IMG/VR virus record: IMGVR_UViG_3300020112_000191
Coordinates: 1 to 64,000 of that record
Length of the DNA: 64,000 bases
DNA from: a virus
Lineage: Duplodnaviria > Caudoviricetes
Strand: one strand, 5' to 3'
The position numbers were made by a program, and so were the translations under genes. Below are positions 47,710 to 59,416 of this stretch, one piece after another. How positions within the stretch are numbered: the first letter of the stretch is position 1; every line of letters starts with the position of its first letter. Under the pieces are notes generated by a model. That model saw nothing but the letters and a program-made list of their open reading frames with translations, had not been told where the DNA came from and ran no database searches.

Positions 47710-50700
47710 CTACATACATTTGAGGATCATTTCTTTCATCCAATCAGACATATTGTCGTACTCGTCTTTAGATATCTTTCTTTGGCCCAAATAAGCCTTT
47801 TCTTCTGGCGATAGTGTATTATATCCAGCTGTCATCTTAACGTCCAAATTTGAGGCTATTTCGAGGCTTTCTGACGTATTAGTTTTTCTAGCATACTTAC
47901 CAGAACGTATAGCATCGAAATAATTAGCCATTACTGTATCGCAAGCCTCTGTATGAGTTATCTTAGCAAGAAGCTGTTTGAAGAATTTAGCAATGCGCTG
48001 TGAGAATGAAAGTTTACCATTAGAAGCTACGTAACGTCTAAAGTCTTCTGCCATACATTCCTCAAGCTCAAGATTGCTCATTTCGCCATATTTAGCCTTA
48101 GCTTCCTGGAGAAGAGTATTACGCTCTTCAGCTGAGAGATAGTTTCTAAATACTACATGGAACGCTTCGTGGTAAGCAGTTCCTGGAGCAGCTATATCTG
48201 AGAGAGTTATATGTGCACCCTTAGTTTGACCCCAAGCCTTTGTAGAGCCTTCAGTAATCAATCCATGAACAATGTCAATCTTTCCTTCTCTTGAGAGCTG
48301 TGGAAGCATCTGGTCGAGAATTGCAAGCTCAGCTTCTTGATTCCATACTTCAGTTGTTTTGTTTGTTGCTACTCTAAATGGAGCTTCATCATCGAGAGAC
48401 GGAAGATCGCTGAGATCAATTATCTTAGAGAGATCTGGAACTGAATCTTCTTCAGCCTCTTGCTTAGTCTCTACATATAACTTAGACTCAGCGCCTGGAA
48501 CGTGTACATCCGAAGATTCAACCACAGGAGAAGAAGAAGGTACACTAGCTGGTTCATTGTCCATGAGTGCATTAAACCCATCTTCAACATCTTTGTCTTC
48601 TTCCGTCTGAGCTACTTGAGCTGACTCTGGCAACGGTGTATTATCGAAATCTTCTTCATCATCGAATCCGCTATAAAGATTTACAGCCTTCATTCGATCT
48701 TCCTTAAGATCTGCAACTGTTACCTTTCTACTCTTACCGAGTGTTCCGAAATCAACCTCTACATCAAATGGCTCTGCATACTCACGCTTATCGCCCTTCT
48801 TGTATGCTTTTCTAAAATCAGCTCCGTTACGCAACTCTGGCTTAGCTACAGATCCAAGTTTGAATCCTTCTGCCTCAGCCTTGCTACGAGCTTCTTTAGA
48901 ACGAGCTGAATTCATATCTATAGCATCGCTGCTACCGAACAAATAAGAGAGAATATTGTTAGCTGCTTCAGTTTCAGCTTCAGTAAATACTCGACCAGTA
49001 TGAGGATTAATCAAGATCTCTGTATTATCGTCAACGAACTCAGGCATATCGAGAAGATCTTTGCCAGACTTTTCAAGTGCTGCATTCATTCTCTTGCGGC
49101 CAGATTCGTACATACTGCGATATTCCTTTGGCATTCTTACAGCCTGGAAGAGAGCGTATTTTTTACCCTTCTTGCTTTCTACAATACGAATAGCACCATG
49201 ATTGATAATCTTACCTTCTGAGTTAGTTTCATAGCTTACAAGACCAACTTTCTTAAGTTTCTCTTCTGCCTCATCGCTAAGATCCATTGTCATCATTACG
49301 ATCTTCTGATCTTTGCTAGCTGCTGCTATGTTGTAAGATCTACCATCTGCATCATGAGTCTGGAATACTTTCTGAATGTTTTTAAGAATACTCATTCCGA
49401 TTGTGCCGTTGAAATACTTGAAGAGATTACCAAGTGAGTCACTCTTATTGATTGGTACAAGTCCTTCAGTAGCTGTACGAACCATAGGAACTTTCTTCAT
49501 TCGACCATTTTTGTCTGTCTGCTCTACGAAATATACTTCAGTAGAACCACCGAACATCGAGTCTATGAATACTGGATCACCATAAGCTTCTCTAAGCTGA
49601 GCCTGTGTAGCATTACGAAGATCGTCTATTGCTTGCTGTCTAGCTTTTTCTTTCTCTTCAGCAAGTGCGACTCTAGCTACTGGCTTAGTTGCTTCGTATT
49701 GTTCATCTGTAGCAACTGTAACGCCGCCCTTAGAATTAACTTCTGGAGACTTTATTGTAGCCCAGTTATTAACTATTGGAGAAGGCCCAAATGGATCTAC
49801 ATTAGTAGTTACCATCTTAAGGTTTGTTTCAGAGAGTTCTGCATGACCTTCAGCATCAACATCAACATTATTGTTTACTGATACGCCAAGCTTACCGAGC
49901 ATCTGAATTATTGCCTTAGCTGGATCATCGTAATCTATGCCATCTTCAGTTTCTTCTGGAGTCTCATCGAGAGGGAAGAACTGAGCTTCGTAAGCTGCTT
50001 CCTGTTTAGGATATTTAACTCCGTTACCCTTAGTCTGGTAAATTTCCTTGCCAGCTGCATCGAGTTTCTTACGATACATCTTGATAAACATCTTGCCATC
50101 TGGGGATACGAAGAAATGAATTGCTACATTAGAGAGAGCTATCTGATCGCTAATTGTGTCGATTGCATCACGAAGCTTCTGAGACATTGTTTCGTAACGC
50201 TTAGCTCTAACTTCTGGATCAGCTGTGTTATCCATCTTAAGACTAAGATTCTCTCTAACTATTGCGTCAACCGAGTTGCGAATTTCATTAGCAAGAACTT
50301 CGATCATTTCTGGATTCTCAGAAATTCTCTTATTACGAGTAGCTATTGCTGTGTAAGTACCTTGTACGTTTGGAATCAAGACATACATCTGGCCTGGTAC
50401 AAGTGCTTCAAGATTCTTTATCTCTGATTCCTTTACTCCATTCGAGAGGATTGAGCCTTCAGATTTTCTACGAATGATGAACTTTATATCGCTAGGATTA
50501 ACATTGTGTGCCTGAGCAAAATCGCTAAGATTGGTTTCTACTGGAAGAACATTTGTTTCGCCGCAAAATACTTCCATTATCTCAGATGTAAATGTTGAGA
50601 AATGAACATCTGTCTCACCTCCATCAACTTTTACAGAACCGAAATCGAGATCGTCAACTGCAAATTCCTTAGCTATTGCTTCGTAATTCTTGCTATTCTT

Positions 50701-53700
50701 ATTGAAATTACCTATTGGGTAGAATGTACCATCTTCAGATCTTACGAACATTATGATAGATGGATTACCATCAAACTCAGGGAAATCCTTGCAAATACCA
50801 AAATAAACCTTTGATGGAATCTTATCTTCAGAAACTTGCCTAAGAACTTCATTCTTCTTCGAGAAGCCTATTGAATCAAGGAAATCCATAAATTCCTTAT
50901 ATGGAATTGTGCCATCCTTGCGCTCGTATTCACCTCTTGGAGTACAAGTTACGTTACCTTCTTTATCGGTAAATCTTACAAACTCATCAAGACCAGTAGT
51001 TATATAATGCTTTTCTGTAGCTGTGTTCTTTTCGTCATCAGCTCTACTGCCTCTAGAACCAGGAGTCTCTTCGCCAGTCAATGTCTGTGCTTCGTGACCT
51101 TCTTTAGTTTCATCTGTAGTGACCATGCCGAAGCCAGTGTTACCCTTATCGTCGATAATAGCAGCTGCGCCATTAGACATCTCTGGAAGCTTTTCACCAG
51201 CTGTAGGAAGAGTAGCTACTTCTTTTCTTGCCTTAATTACATCACCAAATCCAAGACCCTTAGATGATTTAGTAGTTTCACCTTCAACCTTAGTTTCTTT
51301 TGCTGCTGGTTTTGGAGCTGCATCACCAAGACGTTTTTCAAGATCCTTAGAGAGCTTCATTATTTGAGTCTGTGGATCTATTGTCTTAGTTACTGTAGAG
51401 CCATATGGACGAGGATCTTTCCATTGTACTGTAAACGAATCACCATTTATTTCAATGATTTCACAAATGCGACCCTTGCCATTAGTCGAGAGGCCGAATG
51501 CTTTACCAGATACAGCGATCTTATCGCCAACTTTGAAGATACTCATATCTATGCCAGAGAGATCAAGTGCTTCTGGATCAGCTGTAGATTTTGTGGAGCC
51601 CTTAACTGATTCAGTTTTAGATGTGCCATCTTTAGCTTCAGATTTACCAAGATCAACCAACTGATTAACAAAATCTGCTGGAATATCTTTTATACCGCTA
51701 GTGTCAATGTCATCCATACCGTTAACCTTTACAGAGGCTACTGCAATCATTTCCAACATTGCTTTAGCTGCTTCTTTATCTTCTTTGCTAAGCTTGCTAT
51801 TATCTATATTCTCGAACGCTGACTTATCTGCTATCGCATTGATAAGCTCCTGAGTATCGTTATATTTCTTAGCTGTAGCTACTACAACATCGCTTACGCC
51901 CTTTTTGTCTTTAAGCTCTTTGCTAGCTTCCTTATCTTTAACAAGCTTCTCTGCTATTGTTCTAACTGAGCCATTGAACTTATTGCGTTTCTTCCATTTA
52001 TCGAGCCATTCTTTCTGAGTATCATCGAGAATAGATCCATCCATGAATCCCTTGTTTGTAACAAGATCATTTCTGTTGGCATCTACATTCTTACAGAACT
52101 CATTAAAATCTTTAGAGCCCTTAGCTAACTCAGCTGCTTTCTGTTGCTTCTCGGTTGTCTTCTTCTGAGCCTCTGTAGCGGCCTTCTTTTCAGCTTTCTT
52201 TGTTGCATCTGCAGCAGCCTTAGCTGCACGTCCGTTGGCCCAAACTCCGTTAGCTATAATAGCCTCTTGCTCTTTCTTAATGTTCTCAGCTTGCTGAAGA
52301 AGAATTGGAGCATCAGCGATCTTCTGAGCAACTTCTTTCTGCTCTGCTATAGGAAGATCTTTTACGGCCTCCTGGAGTTCCTGGTTGAGAATTGCATTTA
52401 CAGCGTCAGTAGCTTCAGTAATCTTCTTGCCATACTTTACTTGAGCTTCGATATTAGCTTCGATATTCTTACGCATCTGCTCAGCATCGTCGGAGAGAAT
52501 AGAGAAGCCATTTCTTGAATTTGCTGCCTTAAGCTCTTCGCGTTTAGCCAAAGCTTCGTTCATGTCATCAAGATCAGCAAGAACTTCGTCAGATTTTTTA
52601 TTGACAACTGCATCTTCCCATTTCTTTGTAGCTTCTTCAGCTGCTTTTGTAGCTGCCTTGAGTTCATGAGTCTCGTTCAGGAATGTAGGATTCTTTGCTG
52701 CTGCATCTCTAATTACGCTCTTTGTTGCATCATTGAAGATCTCAGCTGCACGATCTTTGCGATTCTTTGCTGCTGCTTCAAGGTAAGAGAGACCTTCTAT
52801 ACAATCTGCATTAAGCTCTGGATGTTCATTCTCGAATTTGTCGAAGAACTTACCATACTCATCAATTGCTGCAAGCTGCTTATTTACTTTGTCTGCAACT
52901 TTTGTTCTTACTTGATCAGCATTCATTGTAGTGCCATCTTCGTTCTTCCAATTCTCTGGATTTTCCTTGATAACACCAGCAACTTCTTCATCAGTAAGAT
53001 TTGCTGATTCCTGGATACGCTTCTTATAAACGTCCATCAGCATTGCCTGGCGAAACATCTGTACGTCTGAGATCATCTGCTGAAAATCAGCATTCTCCCA
53101 TTCAACACGATTGCCATTTTGAGCTGCTTCAGTCTTTTTCTTTTCGAGAGCATTGTGAGCAACAATACCCTTATATAGTGCGCCGAACTTGCTGTCGGCC
53201 TTGAGTCTTTCGTTAATACGATTTACAAGATCTTGCTGTTCTCTCCATTCTTTAGAGCCTTCAGAAATCTCTCCATAGATACCGCCAGACCAGCCTTTGA
53301 GAGATGGAGTACCAACTGCACCAGTAACGAAGCCCATCAACATATCGAGACCGAGTTCTTTTTTGTCGATCTTACGAACGCCTTCGATAAGTGAATCGAG
53401 ATAGCTCTTTACTACATTACGTGATTCGTCATCATACTCAGCATCTTGCATCTTACGCCAGATTGGTGCGCCTTCTTTAATGATGTCCTGTGAGCCTTCT
53501 TCAAATGCTTCAGAGCAGTTATTTAAGAGGACTTTAGCACCAAGACCAGTATTAAATGCAACTTTGCTAGTTCCATGAGCTAAGCCATCTTTGCCAATCT
53601 GAAGAGCTATCTTACGTGAAGAGTCGTAACCCTTAGAAAAGAGATTGCCGAACTGAATTGAATTTGTTAATGAAAGCAAACCTATATTCGAGAGGAATAC

Positions 53701-54609
53701 CATGTTGCCTTCACGCTTGAGATCATCTTCAGTCTTAGCGAGATCCTTCTGGAATTTAGCTGTAAGAGCTGGCTTATCTTCTTCAGCTGATTCAGCCATT
53801 GCTTTGTTATAAGCGTCTGTAAGAGCCTTAGATCTTGAATTAAATTCCTCTGTCTTATGACCCACAGCTTCTGTTGCTGCTTCACCGATTGCACCAGTAA
53901 GACCACCGAGTACACGTTCGAGAATTGGGCTCTTCGTCATTGCTGCTTTAAGGCCAGAAAACATTTTACCAGCTACGCCACCATAAGCCATTGCTGAGAG
54001 AGCCATACCTTCTGTAAAACCCATGTTTTGCCAGAGATCAGCCCAGAAATCAATGCTGCCCATCTTCTCAAAGTTACCAGCATCCTGATACTCTTGAGTC
54101 TTGTAAACCTGGAATTTCTTAGCTGCTTCATCACGAATGTCATTATCGAGATTAGATACAGTATTGTTCCAAAGCTTATTCATTTCGCCAGTTGCCATTG
54201 CTTCAACGATACCATCAGCAAGACCGAGAGTACCATCTACGAATGATGTACCAGCAATTACAAGGTTGTTTATTGTGGCGTTACCCATTTTGTGATACCA
54301 CTGCTGCATCTGAGCTACTTGCTCATCGATATCAGCTGTAGTCTTATTACCTACGTAACCGAGTGCGCTCTGGTAGTCTTCATCGCCACCCTTTGATTGA
54401 GAGTCTTGAATCTGAGTACCAACGTTAGATTGCAAAGAACTCAGAGTAGCACGCTTGTTGATCTCATAAGGATTGAGAGCATCAATCGACGCTTGTTCTC
54501 TCTGCGCTCTTTGTTTGGCAGTTTCCTTAACACTAGCTACGCCAGTGGAATTATCCACTGACGCATTAGTGTAATCTGCCGAATTAAGAATACTTAAAAT
54601 GTCAGACAT
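47710..54609 (-). CDS. giant virion cargo protein with a C-terminal zincin-like domain
   Basis: 2299 aa; YHEAFH (HExxH) and EECMAEDF; EAFEEGSQ motif. Confidence 0.75.
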   Translation of the reverse strand: MSDILSILNSADYTNASVDNSTGVASVKETAKQRAQREQASIDALNPYEINKRATLSSLQSNVGTQIQDSQSKGGDEDYQSALGYVGNKTTADIDEQVAQMQQWYHKMGNATINNLVIAGTSFVDGTLGLADGIVEAMATGEMNKLWNNTVSNLDNDIRDEAAKKFQVYKTQEYQDAGNFEKMGSIDFWADLWQNMGFTEGMALSAMAYGGVAGKMFSGLKAAMTKSPILERVLGGLTGAIGEAATEAVGHKTEEFNSRSKALTDAYNKAMAESAEEDKPALTAKFQKDLAKTEDDLKREGNMVFLSNIGLLSLTNSIQFGNLFSKGYDSSRKIALQIGKDGLAHGTSKVAFNTGLGAKVLLNNCSEAFEEGSQDIIKEGAPIWRKMQDAEYDDESRNVVKSYLDSLIEGVRKIDKKELGLDMLMGFVTGAVGTPSLKGWSGGIYGEISEGSKEWREQQDLVNRINERLKADSKFGALYKGIVAHNALEKKKTEAAQNGNRVEWENADFQQMISDVQMFRQAMLMDVYKKRIQESANLTDEEVAGVIKENPENWKNEDGTTMNADQVRTKVADKVNKQLAAIDEYGKFFDKFENEHPELNADCIEGLSYLEAAAKNRKDRAAEIFNDATKSVIRDAAAKNPTFLNETHELKAATKAAEEATKKWEDAVVNKKSDEVLADLDDMNEALAKREELKAANSRNGFSILSDDAEQMRKNIEANIEAQVKYGKKITEATDAVNAILNQELQEAVKDLPIAEQKEVAQKIADAPILLQQAENIKKEQEAIIANGVWANGRAAKAAADATKKAEKKAATEAQKKTTEKQQKAAELAKGSKDFNEFCKNVDANRNDLVTNKGFMDGSILDDTQKEWLDKWKKRNKFNGSVRTIAEKLVKDKEASKELKDKKGVSDVVVATAKKYNDTQELINAIADKSAFENIDNSKLSKEDKEAAKAMLEMIAVASVKVNGMDDIDTSGIKDIPADFVNQLVDLGKSEAKDGTSKTESVKGSTKSTADPEALDLSGIDMSIFKVGDKIAVSGKAFGLSTNGKGRICEIIEINGDSFTVQWKDPRPYGSTVTKTIDPQTQIMKLSKDLEKRLGDAAPKPAAKETKVEGETTKSSKGLGFGDVIKARKEVATLPTAGEKLPEMSNGAAAIIDDKGNTGFGMVTTDETKEGHEAQTLTGEETPGSRGSRADDEKNTATEKHYITTGLDEFVRFTDKEGNVTCTPRGEYERKDGTIPYKEFMDFLDSIGFSKKNEVLRQVSEDKIPSKVYFGICKDFPEFDGNPSIIMFVRSEDGTFYPIGNFNKNSKNYEAIAKEFAVDDLDFGSVKVDGGETDVHFSTFTSEIMEVFCGETNVLPVETNLSDFAQAHNVNPSDIKFIIRRKSEGSILSNGVKESEIKNLEALVPGQMYVLIPNVQGTYTAIATRNKRISENPEMIEVLANEIRNSVDAIVRENLSLKMDNTADPEVRAKRYETMSQKLRDAIDTISDQIALSNVAIHFFVSPDGKMFIKMYRKKLDAAGKEIYQTKGNGVKYPKQEAAYEAQFFPLDETPEETEDGIDYDDPAKAIIQMLGKLGVSVNNNVDVDAEGHAELSETNLKMVTTNVDPFGPSPIVNNWATIKSPEVNSKGGVTVATDEQYEATKPVARVALAEEKEKARQQAIDDLRNATQAQLREAYGDPVFIDSMFGGSTEVYFVEQTDKNGRMKKVPMVRTATEGLVPINKSDSLGNLFKYFNGTIGMSILKNIQKVFQTHDADGRSYNIAAASKDQKIVMMTMDLSDEAEEKLKKVGLVSYETNSEGKIINHGAIRIVESKKGKKYALFQAVRMPKEYRSMYESGRKRMNAALEKSGKDLLDMPEFVDDNTEILINPHTGRVFTEAETEAANNILSYLFGSSDAIDMNSARSKEARSKAEAEGFKLGSVAKPELRNGADFRKAYKKGDKREYAEPFDVEVDFGTLGKSRKVTVADLKEDRMKAVNLYSGFDDEEDFDNTPLPESAQVAQTEEDKDVEDGFNALMDNEPASVPSSSPVVESSDVHVPGAESKLYVETKQEAEEDSVPDLSKIIDLSDLPSLDDEAPFRVATNKTTEVWNQEAELAILDQMLPQLSREGKIDIVHGLITEGSTKAWGQTKGAHITLSDIAAPGTAYHEAFHVVFRNYLSAEERNTLLQEAKAKYGEMSNLELEECMAEDFRRYVASNGKLSFSQRIAKFFKQLLAKITHTEACDTVMANYFDAIRSGKYARKTNTSESLEIASNLDVKMTAGYNTLSPEEKAYLGQRKISKDEYDNMSDWMKEMILKCM

Positions 54610-54610
54610 A

Positions 54611-57073
54611 TTATAAAAGTTTCTCTTTTCTTGAGTTAATAGCCATACCTACAGCAGACTGAGCTGTGAATGAACCGCCATTCTTCTCGTCCTCTGCGGT
54701 TGCAAAGGTACGTAAAATTCCCGATTTATTCCAACAAAATCTCATAATTTGTGGTACTCCGTTAACATTTTTTGCACAAATTGTTCCAATGTAAATTGGA
54801 TTATTGCTTTCATCAGTCTCAACTTGAAGATGAAGCATCTTCTTCATTGCTTCTGCATTTGGATTTGTGCCGTTCAATGTGGTGCTTATATTAGCTAGAG
54901 CCATGCCTGGCTTTGGGCCGCCCATCGCTGTTATCTGATCAGCAGTAAGTTCGTATGTTCCGTTTGTAGCTACATTAGGAATCAGAACATCTGTGAATGT
55001 ATTGAGAATAGTATTGAATCCTTCGTTAGATTCAAGCTCATCTGGATTGCGCATTATATCGGAATATAGCTCTGGAGAGAAATTCTTTACGTGATCAATA
55101 CATGCATGATTCTCATTTGTTTTCTGAATGTCTGCTTCTACACCCTTGAGAAAATATTCTTTTCCATTAACGATGTAGCCTTCGTCACCATATTCGTTAA
55201 CTACCTTCTGGAGCATAGCGCACTTATCTACTTCTTCAAGGAACGCTGGAACATCATCTTTAGCTATTCTAGTAAGCTTACCGCCTTCATTAATATAGAT
55301 ACCATTCTGAGCAGTATTATCGTCATCAAAATCGTCATTAGATCCAAGAGCAGCCATATTAGCCTTAGCGATGAAATTCATCTTCTCAGCCTTAAGATCC
55401 TCAGACTTAAGAGAACTTGTTGCATCGAATACTAAATGCTGCTTTGAAGATTGAGCCTTTTCGAGAGCTTCACCGAATTCAATATTCTGCTTGTCGCTCA
55501 TGCCGTAGCCAGAGAACTTAACTTTGCGATCTTCAAGATCTTTAACAGCCTTAGCGTACTGACTCTCAAGGCCATCAAGTTTGAATGCTTTGTTAATATT
55601 CTCCATTGCTTTATTACGAGCGTATTCTGGATCCCATTCGCCCTTCTTTATAGTAGTAAAGCTTGTGCTTCCAGTCATGCCGCCAGTAGTAGATGTAGAC
55701 TGATATTCTTTAGGAAGGAATGAATCGCCAGCCTTAAGAACTTCATCATAATCGCCATTAGCGATCTTTAACATTGCATCCTCAATATTATCGCTGCTAG
55801 CAATTATATTATTGAGAGCATCAACCTCGTCATCGTTCCACTTCATCTCTTGAATGCCATTAGAACCATTGACTGCGTTACCGACACCAGGAAGAAGAGC
55901 TAAGCCAATAGATTTAGCTTTGCGTACCCATGAATTATTGCTTCCTCTAGGATCGAATGTTTCGCCCTCTGTTTTGAGTCGATTCCACTCTTCATTAAGC
56001 TGGTTGATTGCTTCTGAACGTTTACCCTTAAGAAGTTCAATATCTGCTGTAGAAGCTTCGTTATCATCACCAACAATTGTAGACTTTACTTCTATAGGAT
56101 TAGTGGTTATACCAGTACCAGCGAATCTAATTGAAGAATAGCTTGGATTACCAGGCAATGCACCGCCAGCTGTAGCACCACGAACGCCAGTCATATTGTG
56201 AATATCTTCGTTATATAAAGCTGCACCAGCAAGGCCCTGGAATATGCCGTTAGCAATGTATTTATCAATATCAGATTTAGCTTCTCCAGACAAATGTTTG
56301 TAATTCGTTTTGCCTTTCATTGCCTGAATGTTGCCGCTAAAATCTCTTGCTATTCGAGCTAATTCTTGATCTCTAAAATCTGCGCTCTTTGACCACTTTT
56401 CAATCTGCTCATCTGTAGCATTGATAAGCTGATCGACTGTAACGTCTGTATTTACGCCGCCAACTTTAATGTGTCTCTTGAGCATAAAATCGTTATAATC
56501 ACCACCATCGATTGCTTCATCGTAACGAGCATCATCGAGGCTTATACGGCCTGTGAGAGCCTTAGCTGTATTAAACGCATCTGTCTGCATTGTAGTACCA
56601 GATACTGAATACATAGTAGGCTTAGCCGAATTCATGAATGCGTTGATTCCCATAGTGACATCGTTACCATTTTCGTCCTTCATTGCGTAACGCATAGAAG
56701 CATCCTGTGTGCGCTGCTTATCTATCTCAGCTCTCTGAGCTTCGTATTTGGTAACTGCATTAGAGAGAATTGCGCTAGTATTATAGTAATCCTTTTTAAG
56801 CTGACGGATAGCATCTCTATCTCTAAGGAAGCCTGGAGTACCGATCTTCTCAGCTTGTTCGTTAATCTTTTGATTCATTGAGTTAAAAGCCTCTGTAAAT
56901 GCTCCACCCTCTTGTGAGTATGGAGCAAATACAGCCATGCTTTTATTAACCTCATCAATCTCTGCTTCTCTTTCTCTATAAGCCTTATCGTACATTAACG
57001 CTGGCTTTAAATAATCATCAAGGCTACGTGCCTGAAACGACAAATTAGAGATTATTGGATTAATGTTTGCCAT
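54611..57073 (-). CDS. virion cargo / structural protein
   Basis: 820 aa; FQARSLDDYLKP N-terminus; within the cargo operon. Confidence 0.65.
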   Translation of the reverse strand: MANINPIISNLSFQARSLDDYLKPALMYDKAYREREAEIDEVNKSMAVFAPYSQEGGAFTEAFNSMNQKINEQAEKIGTPGFLRDRDAIRQLKKDYYNTSAILSNAVTKYEAQRAEIDKQRTQDASMRYAMKDENGNDVTMGINAFMNSAKPTMYSVSGTTMQTDAFNTAKALTGRISLDDARYDEAIDGGDYNDFMLKRHIKVGGVNTDVTVDQLINATDEQIEKWSKSADFRDQELARIARDFSGNIQAMKGKTNYKHLSGEAKSDIDKYIANGIFQGLAGAALYNEDIHNMTGVRGATAGGALPGNPSYSSIRFAGTGITTNPIEVKSTIVGDDNEASTADIELLKGKRSEAINQLNEEWNRLKTEGETFDPRGSNNSWVRKAKSIGLALLPGVGNAVNGSNGIQEMKWNDDEVDALNNIIASSDNIEDAMLKIANGDYDEVLKAGDSFLPKEYQSTSTTGGMTGSTSFTTIKKGEWDPEYARNKAMENINKAFKLDGLESQYAKAVKDLEDRKVKFSGYGMSDKQNIEFGEALEKAQSSKQHLVFDATSSLKSEDLKAEKMNFIAKANMAALGSNDDFDDDNTAQNGIYINEGGKLTRIAKDDVPAFLEEVDKCAMLQKVVNEYGDEGYIVNGKEYFLKGVEADIQKTNENHACIDHVKNFSPELYSDIMRNPDELESNEGFNTILNTFTDVLIPNVATNGTYELTADQITAMGGPKPGMALANISTTLNGTNPNAEAMKKMLHLQVETDESNNPIYIGTICAKNVNGVPQIMRFCWNKSGILRTFATAEDEKNGGSFTAQSAVGMAINSRKEKLL

Positions 57074-57080
57074 ATTGTTT

Positions 57081-59414
57081 TTATATTAAACTGCTGCCAT
57101 CAAGTTTTAAAGCACCATCAGCAGCAAGCTTCTTAACTATATTCTTGTTATATGTATCATTACCGAGTTCCTGGAGAGCCTTGAACAAGTTGTCCTTAAG
57201 AGCCATCTTAGTAGCACGATCAGCTTGTTTAGCTGCGAGTAAATTCTCATTCTGTCGAGCCGCGATCTCCATAGCTGTAGCGTTACGCTGACGTTCAGCT
57301 TCCATTACTCTACGAGCGTAGTCTGCGTCAGTAGCATTGTTAGCTGCTATAGCCTGGTTACGGCCAGCAATATTAGCTTGTCTAGCTTGCTCTTCAGCTG
57401 CACCAGCATTGATTGTAGCCTGGTTATTGAGAGCCATCAGAGCTACTGCTAATGCTGATCCGTTATTGCTTGAATGCTGAATCTTATTAGCCATTGAAGC
57501 AGCCTCATTCATAATGCGATCTGACTGCATTCTTACGTTAGTTGGCTTGTAATCAACATGTGCGCCACGTTCTCCAGCTGAGAAATTCATCTGATTATAT
57601 GCGCTCTGCAATCTCTTATTTGCCGCCTCTGCATCTGGAGTAGCCATGTAATCTCTTCCATGAATAAGATTGTTAGCTGCACCAACGATACCAGCATAAC
57701 GAAGATCTTCAGCATTCATGTTGCTAAGCTTATCTTTTAGTGAAGAAGCGAAATTGCCAGCTTTAGAACTAAATGCCGTAGCAACCTCTTTAGCTTTAGA
57801 ACCAGCAACAGAAGAATAAGGAGGCTCACTAGTTGTTTGTTTCTCTTCTGGAGTTTCGTATTCTACACCAGAGATAACTTTGCCACCAAGAATCGGTTCG
57901 CTAAGTTCAGCCTCTACACTAGGTTCGATAGAATTAAGATATTCATCTTGAAGCTTAACATTCTTTAGAGTCTTATCTAATTCAGCTGGAGTAAGCTTAG
58001 ATTCAAGTTTGCCTGGATTATTGAGAGGCCTATTACCTTCTGGTTTTGTTGGCTCTTCAGATTCCATTATAGGTTTCTTTTTTCCTTCTACTGGTTCTGT
58101 AGGTGTTGTTTCTTCAGTTTTATTTTCACCAGGTTTATTTTCAAAAATTCCCCATTCTCTAAGAGCATTGATACGATTTATATCTTCTTTAGATGGGCCA
58201 TTCTTTTCTGGTAATACTGGACGATTTTTAGGTTCTTTGATTACAGGCTTTTCTGGAACTTTCTCTTCTTGTGGTTTTAGCTTACTTGGAGCATTTGGAT
58301 CAAATTGACTAAGATCGAATCCTTCAGATGTATCAACTGGCTCTTTTCCTTCAAGAATACGCTTAATGTCTATCGGATTAGTCTTTATTGCTTTGAATCC
58401 TTTTGACTCTTTCTTTTCGCCAGGATTCATAGACTCTTCGTATTCCTTAGTAAATATTGTCTCTCTAGGATTTTGCTTTTCACCCTTAGTAACAACTAAT
58501 TCTCCAGTGTTACCTTTTCCAAGAACGTATTCGTCATTATCTTCAACGCCTCTAGATTTAAGCTCTTCTTCTATGGCCTTGATCATCTGCTTGGTTGTAC
58601 TCAATGTAGAATCTGCTACATCGTACATAGCTTTAGCATTTTCTTTGTAGCCTTTACCCATAGACTGAATAACACCTCTACGATCTGTTTCTGAAGAAGC
58701 ACTACCTTCGTAAGTATTAGCAGCTGCTCTAAGAAGATGAAGTTTATGCTTTAACTCTGCTGTTTCTTTACCGCCATAAGTGGATACTGCATCATCATAC
58801 ATTTGCTTGAGAGATTTGTATTTATCTTCTCTCCAGTTGTCCGCATCGCCAGTTTTGCCGTAAGTTTTCTTTGTACCACCACCAGCAAAAATACCGCCTT
58901 GAGCTGCCATCTGTTGCTGCATCTCTGAAGCTGCTAACATCTGCTGCTGTGCTGCATCATTATCAGCATCTTGACGTGCCTGAGCTTCAATCTGCTCTGG
59001 TGACATCTGGGCCTGTGCTTCAACTTTCTTTTCGTTAGCTTTCTGCTTAACGTATTCCTGATTGCCGAAGAACTGATCCTTAAGAATCTTAAGCTCATTC
59101 TTGAATGTGGAAGATCCAGAGTGTTCTTTGATTTTGTCGTATTCCTCTTTGAAGGCATCTGCATAAGTCTGACCTATGTGCTTCTTTAAGAGTGGAGTAT
59201 CAGCATATTCAGCTGTAATCTTGTTTCTGTTAGAGAGGATATTCTCATTGTCGAGAATTACTTCTCCTTGCTCAACAAGGTTTGGTGTACCATCTGGAGC
59301 TACGCCAACTGGAACGCCACCATTTTTGTTAGCCTCATGTGTACCGCCGACATTGATGTTTGTTACACCATTACGGAGATCATTGAAGGCTCCTTTAATG
59401 CTTTTAAGATCCAT
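57081..59414 (-). CDS. crAss-type cargo / ejection protein
   Basis: GGTHEANKNGGVPVG..NLVEQGEV motif, low-complexity P/E/K middle, A/N/Q-rich tail. Confidence 0.7.
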   Translation of the reverse strand: MDLKSIKGAFNDLRNGVTNINVGGTHEANKNGGVPVGVAPDGTPNLVEQGEVILDNENILSNRNKITAEYADTPLLKKHIGQTYADAFKEEYDKIKEHSGSSTFKNELKILKDQFFGNQEYVKQKANEKKVEAQAQMSPEQIEAQARQDADNDAAQQQMLAASEMQQQMAAQGGIFAGGGTKKTYGKTGDADNWREDKYKSLKQMYDDAVSTYGGKETAELKHKLHLLRAAANTYEGSASSETDRRGVIQSMGKGYKENAKAMYDVADSTLSTTKQMIKAIEEELKSRGVEDNDEYVLGKGNTGELVVTKGEKQNPRETIFTKEYEESMNPGEKKESKGFKAIKTNPIDIKRILEGKEPVDTSEGFDLSQFDPNAPSKLKPQEEKVPEKPVIKEPKNRPVLPEKNGPSKEDINRINALREWGIFENKPGENKTEETTPTEPVEGKKKPIMESEEPTKPEGNRPLNNPGKLESKLTPAELDKTLKNVKLQDEYLNSIEPSVEAELSEPILGGKVISGVEYETPEEKQTTSEPPYSSVAGSKAKEVATAFSSKAGNFASSLKDKLSNMNAEDLRYAGIVGAANNLIHGRDYMATPDAEAANKRLQSAYNQMNFSAGERGAHVDYKPTNVRMQSDRIMNEAASMANKIQHSSNNGSALAVALMALNNQATINAGAAEEQARQANIAGRNQAIAANNATDADYARRVMEAERQRNATAMEIAARQNENLLAAKQADRATKMALKDNLFKALQELGNDTYNKNIVKKLAADGALKLDGSSLI

Positions 59415-59416
59415 TA